From Lama guanicoe (Eukaryota): a DNA stretch of 64,000 nucleotides. The translations under genes and the position numbers were made by a program. The stretch is taken from positions 4,429,567 through 4,493,566 of the forward strand of contig MU053629.1 in assembly GCA_013239625.1 (NCBI GenBank). Direction: 5' to 3'. Shown piece by piece: positions 24,781-38,399 of the stretch. The notes beneath the pieces were generated by a model. It was given only the letters and a program-made list of their open reading frames with translations. It made no database searches and had not been told where the DNA came from. Within the stretch, counting starts at the first letter, position 1. Each line of letters begins with the position of its first letter.

Positions 24781-27700
24781 TATAAACATAAAATTGCATT
24801 ACAGTTAATTGCAGGTAATGTTGAACAAGCGATTTAATCTTTTAAGGATGATTCAGGAGATCCTTTAGCATCCTGTAGGCTTCCAGAATATTGTTTTGTG
24901 CACCAGTTATCATTCTATAGGTTTGGGGCTGTTGAGGATACAGAATGTTGAGCCAGTGGTGCCCACGCAGGGACGTACCCAGAGGATGCCTTTAAAAGAA
25001 TAAACCTTGATAGCAGCCTGGTTTCTTATCGTTTGAATGTAGAAAATAACTCCAGTGATTTGAACTTTCCATATGTTGAACGAAGAGGCATTGACCCAAT
25101 AAAGTGGAGATTACTCTGACCACAAGATTGAAACCCGGTTGCTTCACTTTCTGGTTCCAGTTGGTGTCTTTTCTAATTAATGTAGCAGCACGTCACCACA
25201 ATCGCTGGGAAGTCTTCATCATTCACATATTTTTCCTTATCTCTGAAAATGACTTAGAACGTTTTCTTCCAGTTCAACGGTTATTTTCACGAAGCTGCCC
25301 GGGCTGGGTTTGAGGTGCTTCTCTGTGCCTGAGGACGATGACAGGAGAAGGCAAATTGCCTCCCCAAGTTCAATGAAAGCTGAGTCCCCCTTCCGAGGAC
25401 CTATAATAATCAGCCATACAAGCTGTTGGTTTGTGTGTCCTATTGATTTAATATGCTTCTAATCAGTACATAAAGCTATGGGCCTGCAGTGTTAATTTTT
25501 CATATGCTTACAAAGTACCCTTTGATTTTCTGTCACACGTTAATTACAGCGTTTTGCCATTAAATAGGAAGCTTTGTGTAAACTAATTACTAGGTAATCA
25601 TTGTCTACTGCAAGCGTGCTGTTTGTACCTTTTATTTTATTCTAAAAATGCACAGATCTCACAGTCTGGAAACGCTCTACCTTCCAGCCATTAGCTCTCA
25701 CTAATTCATAGCATTATTGTGGTGAGAGTGTAGGAGTTGTAATTGTTGTGGCATCAGAGCTGTTAATTACCGGAGTAAACAGTTGAAATGGTGCCAAGGT
25801 CTATTGTACGAGGCAGAGAAAAGGAGGTTTAAATGTTACTCCCACCATCTGGGGACCAGGGGAGAGGCAAATGCTTGAGAACAGCAGTGAGGCGCTCTCG
25901 TCGCCTCAGCTCCAGGGTTGGCGGCCATATGGATCCGGAAGATTTTGAATCAATTGAATTTAACTGCCAGTTTTTCGCAATAACAGCGTGGAAGGAAGGA
26001 ATAAAGCAAAAGATGAGAGGAACGAGAATTGGTTAGTGTTTTCACATCCAGGAAGTCCCCGTTGGAGTTCTCTGGGAAAGATCTGTTTTGCTGAAAGCCA
26101 CAGAGCAGGCACGGGTATTTGGAACCGATTCAGAATGAGTTTTCCTCTCCTCTGCCGGCAACCGCGCCATTTGCTTCTGGTCGTCTGTCCTCCCTGCCCC
26201 TCGGTGAGAGAGGGATGCCCTTGAGAAGACCCGGACCTCAGTGTAATTGTGCCAGAGCAAACAAAAAACATCCTCACTTTTGGAATTCACTGATTTATTA
26301 CCCTGGTATTTTAATAAGCATGGCCCGTAGGAAAAGATGATGGTAAATATATAGCGTTATCACATCTGCCTCAAAAATATACGTCTGTACGTATGGAAAT
26401 ATCAAAGAAGGTGCAGCCCTTCACTCTGACGAAGAAAAGCATGTGCTTGCCCAGGCCTTTTGTATACAATTAAAGTGCAGATTCTCCTGATGGTCTCTCA
26501 TTTCATTCCACGAACTCACCCCTCTCCCCCCATCACTTGAATGAAAAACCAAGTCCAAAGGGCACATGTGTTTTCTTTCGTGTTTATTTTTCAATTAAAG
26601 AGTTTTTTCAGCCTATGCAGTTTTCTCAGCCAGGGATCTTTCTCTAACTGGAAAGAAAGAAACCTGTTTTCAATAATAATAATTATGGCCACATCCACTT
26701 AGTTGATTTTTAAACTGCATGGTTTCTGCTTTAAAACATTGTGTAATCTTGAAAACGGTCCTATGTTGTTACTTGACATCAGTCATGTTTAATATAATTG
26801 CCTTTACGCCCATTTGCTAACATTAAAAATACCTTTTAAAAATCTGCCAGTTGCTGTTGTAACTACTTTTTAATATCATTCCCCAAACACAAACATATTC
26901 CTCTTTTTTTAAACCACCCTGGGTTATTTATTTTTAATTGTTCCTTCAGCAGATGTTGGAGTGATTCGGGTTGTAGTGTAAACAACTCCTTTAAGGAGAG
27001 ATCACAGACCACCACACGCACCATGAACCGAGGGCAGGCAGCGCTTGTCGGGTTTTTACGGTAGCGGCTTTGGCCCACGGGGGGCAGAATTTTTCCTGCT
27101 TTTGTGTATGTGCAAAGTTCAATTAAGAACTTCAAGAAATGCTTAATCTTTATCTATTGAAAGCCCCAGCATGCGGCGCGACGGGGTGAGCCTAGAAAGA
27201 AAATCATGGCCCCCCGTGGAGAGGGGAAAAAAGAAACAGCAGTTTAAGAGCTGAGAAGTTGAAAGGGAATGAACCTTGCCAGCGTTTCTGGTCGGGGTGA
27301 AGCAGTTGTGCTGAGCTTTGGAATGGAGGCGCGACATATGTGCCTCAGTTGGACAAAACGCTTCTCGAGTCAAATCAACTCGCTAGGCCCGCGTGTTGGT
27401 GCAAGGTGGAGGCCTGGATAATGAGGGACAGACTCCTCGAGAAGCAGCGCGTGGATGATGCTACATAAGTATGGAATTATATACCGCATTTTCACCATTC
27501 TGTTTAATGAGAGCCGCCACCACAGCGAATCACTTGCCACACAGCCGAAATGGGCCATTAGCGATCACGGGAAAATTGTCTTTGCCGCTTTCAGCAGATG
27601 GAGCAAATATTTTACAAAGCAATTTTACATACCAAAAACATTTGTGTGCCTTGGTAATGTTGGCTGTTTTACATTATGTTACCTTCTACGGCAGCATAAT

Positions 27701-28032
27701 TTTCCATCTCATCGAAGGCAAAGTTGGCATTTTCGATTTTTAAATTCTCAATTAACAATTAAACATGGAGTATTAAGGCAGTCCTTAAACTTTAAGTAGG
27801 TGTGGGAAGTAGTTTACGACTTGCTGGAGACATTTTCACTTTTTTCTCCATCCCCTCAGCATATTTTTGCACTCTAAAGAGGGACGATCGCTAATGGTCT
27901 AAATGGAAAGGGATGAGTGAAAACTTCACTACTGATTTGCAGAATGAAAATAACCAGTGCACAGAGCGATCAGAGCTTTTGCTGACTTAAATGTCCAGCA
28001 CAGATTGTGGGCGCACGGTGTGGCCCACCCAT

Positions 28033-28632
28033 TCGTATCAGTTTAACATGTTTAATGTTCAAGTAACAAGAAATCTAACTCAAAATGGCTTTAAAAATAA
28101 AGAGGATGTATTATCTCAGCTAACTGAAAACCCAGAGATTGACGCTGGCATCGAACAAGGCTCAACACCACCCAGTACCGTCTGCCCTCTGCACTGTGCA
28201 TAATGTTCGCTCCATCCTAAGGCTGACTGTCCTCAAGGCTGCACCATGGGCTGCCAGCGGCTCCTGGAACTTGTCCTTGGTCAAGTAGCTCCTAGAGCTT
28301 ATCCTTGGTCAAGATCATAAGAAGACAGAACATCTCACCAGGTAGCATTGTCAGAAGATCATAAAGCTTCTTGCTCAGAAGAACCCAGCAAGTGCTTCCT
28401 GACACCTCATTGGCCTAATTGGGTCATGTGCTCCTCCTGAGACAATCACTGTGGCCAGGGTATGGCTTTGCTCACCAGGGGCTCGTGCTTAGATCTGAGG
28501 GTGGAGTCACTCTCAATCAACTTGCATAGCTAAGAATAGGCTAGGGACAGTTCCTGAAAGGAAGTTTGGGATATCACTACCTGGAACTTGCGGACAAAGA
28601 TACCGGGCAGCCAATAACAGATATCCACTCTA
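28033..28632 (-). mobile_element. MaLR LTR (MLT1J/K-like)
   Basis: caagtaacaagaaatctaactcaaaatggcttt...ctcattggcctaattgggtcatgtgctcctcctgagacaatcactgtggccaggg. Confidence 0.7.
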
Positions 28633-29562
28633 CCACTTTTCATAAATTTGATACAGACTTAGCATCCCATGTGGATGGTCCAGTCTGACCCATATTGACC
28701 ATTTATGCACACTGAGGGCAGGTGCAAACACAGATCCCTTTGCACTATGGCAGACTGCTAGCAACTGGATTCGAATCCCAGTTTGCTACTTCATGGCTGT
28801 GTGACATGAAATGGAGTTGATGATAACTACTTCAGAGAGTGGCTTTGAGATAATAAATATAAAGCTTCCGGCACAGACCTGCCACATGGTAAGCTTTCAA
28901 TAAGAGAGAGTTACTGTTTTACCTAAAAAGTAACTATAATGGTAAAAAAAAAAAAAGTAAAAATACAAAATGTCCTGTGCAAGCAAAATAACCTTCCTAA
29001 ATTCACCCTCAAGTTAGGAACCCCTCCCTTCTCTCCATCCCTGTGCCACTAGCCACTTCAGATCCCAAACACCTTTCATGGAACCCACGCTTTCCCTGTG
29101 AAAGAGGCAGCAGGGATGGTGGCTGGAAAGGGCTTGCCGCAGAGCCAGAGGCAGCCCGCGAGCTCCTGGGGTCTCCCTGTAGGACTGCGGAAGCCCCACC
29201 CTCTTCTGTTACATGAGGCCTTCGTCTTAGGTGGGCCACGTGGCTTCTTTCAACTCTGACCATCTCGCTTAGTTATTCAAGTCACTGTCTTGTCCTTTTG
29301 ATCTTATGTTACCCTCTATTCTTCCATTTAGGGATCTCAGAAGGCTGTATAAAACAGAACCACCTAGGTGGGTTCTCATTTGAACACCACCAGACAGTGT
29401 CTGATGTGAGAGATTGGGGGTGATTAGCTGAGAAGATAATTTTAGTTAATTCACCACTGCAGATCCAGGAAAGAAGTTTCTGAAGTAAAAGGAGCATTGG
29501 TGGGACTGATATTTAGAGCATTCTCATTTGTATTTCCTCTTCCTCCTTGCTCATCCTCCCCA

Positions 29563-29564
<2 letters not shown>

Positions 29565-29601
<37 letters not shown>

Positions 29602-29610
29602 CTCTCTCTC
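29565..29610. repeat. Compound microsatellite (AC)17(TC)6
   Basis: Read directly from the sequence. Confidence 0.95.
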
Positions 29611-30317
29611 TTAGAATTTACTTGGGAAACTCAAGTCTCTGGAGTTTGAAGTAGTTTTAGTCATTGAGGGCAATATTAAATTGGATATGCCAGCAGTTTC
29701 CCCTGAGATATCCTGAATTTCTTCAGTCGAATATCTCTTCCTTCAAATTTACAGTTTCTTGATAGAAAAAAGAGAGAGAGCTGAGAGGCAAGGTCCATGC
29801 TTGATAGACAAGAATCTGTAGGTGCGTCTGGCCAGGCCTATGCCTTCTACAGATAGCTTGGAACCCTCCAAGGTCATGACTATCAGTGCACTGAGGGGTA
29901 GATACGGATGTTGGACAAAGGGTGGCTTGGCCGTGCGCTGGCACCGATGTGGGCCAAGTGTCTCCTGGATGGGAACTGCTCTAGAGCTGTTAGCTCCACA
30001 AAAGCCAGCAGCTAATGTGCATTGCCAGGGCCAGCGCAAACATGATGGAATGAAGATCTGGAATTGATTTATTTTTCAAAAAGTAAAGGGTATTTTTCTG
30101 ACATTTATTTATCACCCATAAGTTCTAGACGTTCCCTTCCATAACCCTGAGATGTCAGCTCTAAACGATCTGCTCCCTGTGGGTGATAAACTCTGAAACA
30201 GTTAGGGGTAGTCCATTGCCTTGATGTGACTCAGTGAAAAGAAACTTTCTAACTGCTCGTTTCACAGGTATGTAAGGCAGAGAACCTGTGCCCCAGTTGC
30301 TGGCTTATAAGAGACAT

Positions 30318-30372
30318 TCTCACACACACACTCACACACACACTCTCACACACACACTCACACACACACACA
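30318..30372. repeat. Interrupted (CA)n microsatellite
   Basis: cacacacacactcacacacacactctcacacacacactcacacacacaca. Confidence 0.9.
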
Positions 30373-31405
30373 GAGTTTGCAAAAGTAATAGAGGCGGGGA
30401 AGAAAGCAAACTAGGACTGGTTTGCCCAACTCCACTGTTTTCTGTCTTCAGTCATGTGTTGAAAATCACCCAATAACAGAATCTGACAGCTTGGCAAGCA
30501 ACCTTACACAACCCTCTTCACTCTAGGGGCCTCTGCTTCCTCTTCGTAAAGCAGGGGAAATAACCCCGTGCCGGCCCACCTCAGGGTGCCGGTGTCAGGA
30601 CCGGGCGAGATGATGAATGTGACAAGAGAAAGTATTTCACAAATACTGTTCTGATGACTCACGTGGGTTTAGGCGCTTGCCTGGCGTGATTTTGTACGTC
30701 TGTGTCTGGGTGCATCAGCGTGTACCTAAGTTTATTCCGACCAGAATAAACCCAAGTAGCTACAGATCTTCCCTTATCAGCATCAGCCCTTCAAGTTGTA
30801 ATTACGTTTGAACTATGCAAAATGACAAACACTAGAGAACAGAAACCCCGCAAACCGAGAACTTGCATCTGACATCTCTTCATTGGTACCAAGGACATTC
30901 TAAGCATAATCCTTCTGTTTCCTATCAGATGCTTTCAAAATAAAGAACTAAATTGAACAGTTAATACCACTCCCCCTCCATTAGCCCTCTGCATATCTTT
31001 TTCTTACAGAGTTCGGCATGGCCCCAAGCTGCCTGTGTGTGCTCCAGCATCCCCTATTGAATGTCACCCTGCCAGTGCCTTCGGCTGTGTATTTCTCATG
31101 ATGGGACACAATTTCCACAGCAGACTCTCCTCTAGGAAACTTGCCCCCTTGCTGTGGCTTTGTACACAGTGCAAAGGCTGCAGATCGAGGCAGAATGGCT
31201 GTCTTTGCAGGCAGAGGCGGGAAGGGCGGCCCGACAGATGCCTCTCACAAGCCACAGCCTTACAAGTTAATTATTGGCCCTCACATAGCATGTTGCGTCT
31301 CAGGTGACACTTCGTAAATGTCACCTTATTTATCTTCCCATTGCCTCTCAGAAGCCAGGAATCTCATGATGTCCACCCCAGAAGAACTGGTGGTTCTTAG
31401 GGGGT

Positions 31406-31424
31406 AATCCCCCAGGTGGCGCCT
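31406..31424 (+). promoter_or_regulatory. Candidate CTCF motif
   Basis: AATCCCCCAGGTGGCGCCT versus the consensus TGGCCACCAGGGGGCGCTA. Confidence 0.35.
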
Positions 31425-31511
31425 GGGCAGCATGGAGGGAGCCTGTTTCACATTTTCCCTTATTCTGTAACTTCTGCTGTTCAGGGCTGGGTCCCTGTCT
31501 TTATCACCGCC

Positions 31512-31900
31512 AAGATTCATTCCACAAACATTGAGTGTTCCCTGTGCCGAGCACCGGGGAGACTGACCCCAAAGCCACTGACCATGCCATTAAAGAGCCC
31601 CCAGGGAGCTGGAGAGTGTGGAGAAAGGCCCCCAACTGAGGTGGCACAGGAGGCTTCCTGGAAGAGGTGTGACTGAACTAACTCAGAGAGGGTGAGGAGG
31701 CATCAGCCGGGGAGGAAGATGAGGAAGGGAAGTGGAGGAAAGAGACTGAGCCAGAGCAGTCTGGGGTGAGGCTAGAAGCTAGAGAGGGAAGAAGTGGGCA
31801 ACATTAGGAATTAGCAGCCAGGTCACAGAGCGCATTTGTGTGTGTCATACTGAGGAGTTTCAGCTTAATCCTGAAACTGATGGAGATCTCGTTTCATGAT
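31512..31900 (-). mobile_element. L2 LINE fragment
   Basis: attcattccacaaacattgagtg...ggaggcttcctggaagaggtgtgactgaact. Confidence 0.6.
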
Positions 31901-32014
31901 TTAGGTGACAAAGGTTTCACCTGCTCCTTCACTGCCGTCCTCCGTTTCCAGCACCCCCCCAAACATATAATTCTTTTTTCCTTAGTTCAGTTAGGCCTGA
32001 CATTCTGTAATTTT

Positions 32015-32245
32015 TTCTCAATTTTTTATTTAATACAAAATTTACCATCTTAACCATTTTTAAATCTACAGTTCAGAGGTATTAAGTACATTCATAATGT
32101 TGGGCAACTACCACCACCATCCATCTCCATTAACTCTCATAAAACTTAAACTCTCTACCCATGAAACACTAACACCCACCTACCCCTGCCTCTGACAGCC
32201 ACCATCCTGCTGTCTGTCTCTGTGATTTTTGACTACTCTAAGTAG
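32015..32245 (-). mobile_element. Old L1 (L1MA/MB-like) 3' UTR fragment
   Basis: aaaatttaccatcttaaccatttttaaatctacagttcagaggtattaagtacattca...ctgacagccaccatcctgctgtctgtctctgtga. Confidence 0.8.
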
Positions 32246-34083
32246 CTGTGGGTTTTGGTATGAATGAACAAATGAACTATTTCTCTTGGACTATCTTGAT
32301 GTGACAACAGATAGCAGATCATGGGATAGATGGTTCAGAAACAGGGCAGAAAGGGCCCTTTAATCAGGGCAGAACAAAAAGGAGGTCTCCACTGCCCTGG
32401 GGGCCTGCCCTGCAGGGGTTCCTTCCTTGACACTCAGATTTCCAAGCAGGTGGGGAACCCACAGACATTCCTCACTGTCCCAGCTTTGGGGCACTGCATG
32501 GATCACGGGCACTTCGTCGTCTTCCGTAGGGTAGAATGGTTTTAACTGAAACAAGTACAAAACAAAAAGAAAGGTGGGTTTGGAGGAAGAAAACAAGAGG
32601 GAGTCCAGGTTGTTGGAACCGTGCATTTTGTACGCTTGTTTATGATTTAGATGCTGGGCCTTGGGGAGATGAGGTAATGGACGGCAAATGGCAGAGAAAA
32701 TGTAAATTGAGCAGGACTCGAAGTGGGAAAGGCCCTCAGCTTTGACAGCAACTTCCCCACCTCCACCTCCCAAGGCAGGGGCTCGCTGCGGGAGCTGGCT
32801 TCCCTAGCCCTTCTCAGCAGTACTCCCCGACTGTGCAGAGCCATGCTGACCGAGGGCGGGCAGCCGCCCTCTCCCTGCCTCTTGGCATTTTAGTTTTGTA
32901 TGACAACCACTTACGAAGCTAACTGATGAGTCTCTCCCACCAGGATTTCCTGGACTTTTCAGAAATTATTCAGATTGTTGGGACCTGCCTAGAGTGCACT
33001 CTCAGATACTTGTCGTCCACTGTAGATTTTCAGAGGGCACTGGACCCAGAATGAACCAGATGTTCCAAGGAGCGTGGGGGACGGAGGAGGACAATCTCTT
33101 TTTAATGGCAGGGAAATTGAAAATAAATGGCTATACCGATTATGCCTAAGACCCCTCCCAGCCCTACTTGACGAAGCCGACTCTTCTCTGATCCTTCCAA
33201 ATTACTGATGTTCACTCACAGATTCAAAAGTTCCCCAGCAACCCAAAGCAAGCCTGGGTTTTTCTTGTCAACCTCCCATAGTTTGAATATGAATCCTGCC
33301 TATCAAAATGTTTCGTATCCAGTGCCCCGCCCTCCTTCTGGCAGAAATAAAATCTGAAGAGGTGGATTCTATCTAAAAATTGTTACATAGACTCTCCAAA
33401 AAAAACCCCAAAAACAAATTGTCCTGACACACCAAGTCTTTTCATGTCAAAAAGCTGGGTTTCTTAATCATTAGAGGGTTTCTTACTGTTTTCATTTTGA
33501 CAGGAGGCTCTGGAGTTTGGGGCTGTTGTACGACAAAGTGGGGCCAGCCTCACACCTACTCAGCTGGGGCTGTGACCTAGTGGGGAACATCGGGCGACTG
33601 AGGCCAGCCTCCCTCCCCACCTCGCTCTTCCAACCTGCCCGCTCCTAAATCCCACCGCTTTGGTGTCAGTCCTGGTTCAAGGCTTGGATCCCACAGTTAC
33701 ATGGAGGCCCCCCCCGACCCGGGGGCTTACAGAGATGAAGGTGCCCAAGAAAGACGCTGCCAACTCCATCATTTGTCCCAGAGTCAGCTCTGTTAGGGTC
33801 ATAAGATAAAAACAATCTGATCTGAAGGATCTTACGGAAAAGGTGGCTAACCCCACATTTTACCCAGTGGGAAACTGAGGCCCAGGGTGGGGAGGCCCAG
33901 TGCCCGAGGACACTCTGTTCGTCAGGCTGCTGTGGGCCTGAAATGGGGCCCAGACAGAAAAGAGTATAGACACAATTAGCAGCAATATTTAGGGACAAAA
34001 GCACTTCAAAATATGAAACCTGAAATGGCTGGGAAAACAGAGAAAATCTTCAAAATGGCTTTCTGACTCTGGGTAAACAGTAA

Positions 34084-34314
<231 letters not shown>

Positions 34315-35528
34315 TAAGACTGCAAGATTCTGCTGAGGCTTGCTCTGCACAACCTTGAGTTCTAGTTTTGGGTCAACCTGGGGCCCGTTTCAATACCTTG
34401 CATCTCTTCTGTTGGTTTAGAAAGTGCTCCTACAAGCAGATTTTCTTTCTCCTTTAAACTTGGCGTAAATATTTATCTTGCATCAGCCTCAAGTAAACAG
34501 GAAGTGAACATGCCAAGCATGCCATGCATAGCGAGATTCTGGCCTTTATTTTTTATTTTTTTTTTTTTTGGCATCACAGACTTCTCCTGAGAGGTGGGCT
34601 TTGGAATCAGATGACCTGGGTCTGGATCCCATGCTTGATCCTGAGCAAGCTTCTTAAAGCCTTGGAGGCCCAGTGTCCTCACCTACTTCACAAGGTTGCT
34701 GGGAGGCTTCAATGAAAATCAGTGATATGGAAGTTTTTTTTTGCCATGGAGCCTGACTCAAAATAAGTCTTTAAGAAATGATAGTTTCTCCTTCCATTTC
34801 CGGGAAGATAGAATGGTCTCACTTTCAGTTCTAAAGGCAGACTTTCTAAATAAGGATCATCCGCAGCTCTGGAGCAAAGCCAGTCTCCGCTTCTTTCCTC
34901 ATCCTCCTAACTTCTCAACTTTCTAACAACACTAGGAGGTCAGTGGGTGAGGGGATGAGTGGAGCAAACAATGCTTATCCCCAGCCGTGGGGGTCCTGTG
35001 GGAGTCCTCCCCCGAGGCACGTCCACACGATGCTCCTCACTCTCTAGGACCTTACAGGTAAGGCAGATATTCTTACACGTTTACTCCCCATGAATAGTAA
35101 GAGAGATCTGTCCACTGTACTCACCACTGTCAAGTGATAATAACATCATATTAACAATAATAAATTAGAATACCATAATAATATTATATTAGATAATGCC
35201 AGCAGCAGCAACACAATGGTGGGAAGAGCACAGGGAAGATAACTTAATAAGCCCCGCCTATGCTGACTATGTGCCAGACACTATTCTAAGTACACGTAGA
35301 TTAATTTATCTGGTCCTCGCAACAGCCCTATGAGGTGGGTGAGGCAGGTAAGATGGGTACCATTATCACCCTCGCTTTATAGAGGAGCAGACTGAGGTAC
35401 ACTCTGTGAAAACATATCACTCTATGAATACAAATCACTCTGGCTACACAGCAGAGCCAATAAATAGCTAGCCGTGTTGCTCCCGGAGTCTCGGCTGGAG
35501 CCAGTGGGTGTAGTTACCAGGGAACACC

Positions 35529-36234
35529 TTTTTTTTTTTTAACATTTTTTATTGATTTATAATCATTTTACAAGGTTGTGTCAAATTCCAGTGTTCAGCA
35601 CAATTTTTCAGTCATTCATGGACATATACACACTCATTGTCACATTTTTTTCTCCGTGAGCTACCATAACATTTTGTGTATATTTCCCTGCGCTATACAG
35701 TATAATCTTGTTTATCTATTCTACAATTTTGCAATCGCAGTCTATCCCTTCCCACCCTCCACCCCCCTGGTAACCACAAGTCTGTATTCTCTGTCTGTGA
35801 GTCTATTTCTGTCCTGTATTTATGCTTTGTTTTTGTTTGTTTGTTTTTGTTTTTGTTTTTTAGATTCCACATATGAGCGATCTCATATGGTATTTTTCTT
35901 TCTCTTTCTGGCTTACTTCACTTAGAATGACATTCTCTAGGAGCATCCATGTTGCTGCAAATGGCATTATGTTGTCGGTTTTTATGGCTGAGTAGTATTC
36001 CATTGTATAAATATACCACATCTTCTTTATCCAGTCACCTGTTGATGGACATTTAGGCTGTTTCCATGTTTTGGCTATTGTAAATAGTGCTGCTATGAAC
36101 ATTGGGGTGCAGGTGTCATCCTGAAGTAGATTTCCAGCCACTGTGGAAAACAGTGTGGAGATTCCTCAAAAGACTAGGAATAGACTTACCATATGACCCA
36201 GGAATCCCACTCCTGGGCTTGTATCCAGAAGGAA
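35529..36234 (-). mobile_element. Young 5'-truncated L1 with a 5' inversion (twin priming) and TSD GGAACACCT
   Basis: Poly(T) from 35529; minus-strand 3' UTR/ORF2 end to about 36135; plus-strand L1 segment 36135-36234; TSD copies at 35521 and 36231. Confidence 0.9.
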
Positions 36235-38159
36235 CACCTCTTATCTCAGGGTGTGAGATCGCATCAGAAAGGACAGGTCTGTTGGGTGTTGGAACACACG
36301 GAAGGGCAGAGTAGGGTGGAAGGGCACAGTAAACACTCTGCTCATGGATTATTTCAGCAAGGCGTCAGGTGGCCTGCCATCTAACAAGAATGCTGAGAAA
36401 GGATTCTTCACTGGTATGGGGAGAAGAGGCGGCGGGGGGAGCAGTTATGCTGCATGGCCTTCAGTGTCCTCTCAAATCTAAATTTCTGTGAGTCTCCAAG
36501 TTTCCACATGCACCCACTGCCAGAAAAGTAAAACTAAAGGAGTCTGCCCCATGCATGAGTGGAAGAAAATAAGGTATGCTCAACAACAACAACAAAAAAA
36601 TGGTTAAGAATACAGGATTTTCTTCAGTTAGGAGGGGAAGACCATGAAGATCTTCAGGTCCATATAGGACAGGAGGTTAGGAAGTTCCCAGATCTTCCAA
36701 GGTCAGCCTGCAAACTCTCCTCTGATCTATTTATTTTCATGTAAGCTTTGTAGATTAGAAAGAGTCTTCCCAGGCACCGTGGCACCTGAGCTGTGTAACC
36801 ACAATGGCGGTTTACGGGAGGCAGAACAAGCTTTATTGAGCCAATTTCAGAGACGAAGAAACAGGCTTAGAGCTAGGAAGTGACTGGGGCAAAATCACAC
36901 ACGAACACGTGGTGAGTGGGAACACAGTTCGATCCTACAATTTGAGCACGTCTCAAAAATCCGGTTCTGGTCAAGTCACGTGTTTTCCAACCTCTGCCCG
37001 GCTCTGAGCCCAGTGCATACAGCAGGCCCTGCATAAAGTGTGCACTGGGCGGGGTCGTCCTCCCGGTTTCCTGACCCTAAGGCCACCGTCTCCTGCCATC
37101 TTCCCCTCTGGCCTATTTGTTTTCATTTCTATTCTCTCAAGTGTACTCATGGCCATAAAATGCGCTATAGATTTGATTTCTACATTGTCATGGGATTACA
37201 TCAAAGGCAACACATTTTTAAAGAGGAATGAATTGCTTTGAAAGGAGAAAAATTAAAAGTGAAAAGACTGTGGTCATGTCACTAAGAAGATGATACAAAT
37301 AAGCTACTTTGAAGTAAAATAATCTGGTAACTATAATGTGTTTTCACCGAAGCACCATCTTTCAAAATGTATGTGATGGCTAAAGCCACAAAGTTTTCTG
37401 AGTCAGAGAGATTCAGTAGGTTTTGTGGGGGGTTTTTTGCTTTTGGTTTTTTGGGGTTTTTTTGCTTATTTTTGTGGGTTTTGTTACTGCTGTTCCATCG
37501 ACTTTACGTTGCTAAATCCCCAGCACCCAGTATTTAGGTCCAGCACAGGACAGGAAACCTCATTTGAAAAAAAGCACATCTCAAACCAACCAAAAAGATA
37601 AATTAGTTTTCCTTCTGAAACTCTGTTTTCTTTAGGACCAACTCCAACCACATTTATAGTCATTTAAGGAAAGGGCCTTTCATATAAAATAACAGATGGC
37701 TGCATCTAAGAACTGTTAAAATCTCAGGGTTTAACCATATATGCTGTTCAAAGCCTGTGGGCAGAGGTCACCTCCCAGCAAATTCCTGAAACACAGGCCA
37801 AGTTTATCTTAATACTGTCAGGCTCCAGAGGCTGCCTTGTCTAGGAAAACTTAGTTGTTTTTCCTTGAAAATTATATTATCTAATTCTTTACGAACGATA
37901 TTTGATTTTTTTCTATAAAAGGGATGTATACAGTAAGATTTATAAGTTAGGCCTAGAAACAGAAAATGGGGCCATGTAATTTTTGTGGACACCAATGAGC
38001 TAGGTCACAAATTTAGCCAGGGCTGATACGGCTGCTGCGAGCATCAAATTTGCATCTGTGATTTTTGCTATTCAGAGCAAAAGGTACAATATGATAAATT
38101 AAAAAGCTCCCCTTGTCAGCACGGAGGAAGCTTACCTGTTCCTCAAGAATGGCAGCATC

Positions 38160-38399
38160 AGGGATGGGAAGGGACAGACTGGGAGTTCGAAATTTGTAGA
38201 TACTGACAGACATATGCAGAATAGATAAACAAGATTATACTGTATAGCACAGGGAAATATATACAAGCTCTTGTGGTAGTTCACAGCAAAAAAAATGCGA
38301 CAATGAATATATGTATGTTCATGTATAACTGAAAAATTGTGCTCTATACTGGAATTTGACCCAACATTGTAAACTGACTATGACTCAATTAAAAAAAAA
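38160..38399 (+). mobile_element. Short young L1 3' end with poly(A) and a perfect 15-bp TSD
   Basis: TSD AAGAATGGCAGCATC at 38145-38159 and 38400-38414; L1 3' UTR motif tatactgtatagcacagggaaatatatacaa. Confidence 0.92.
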
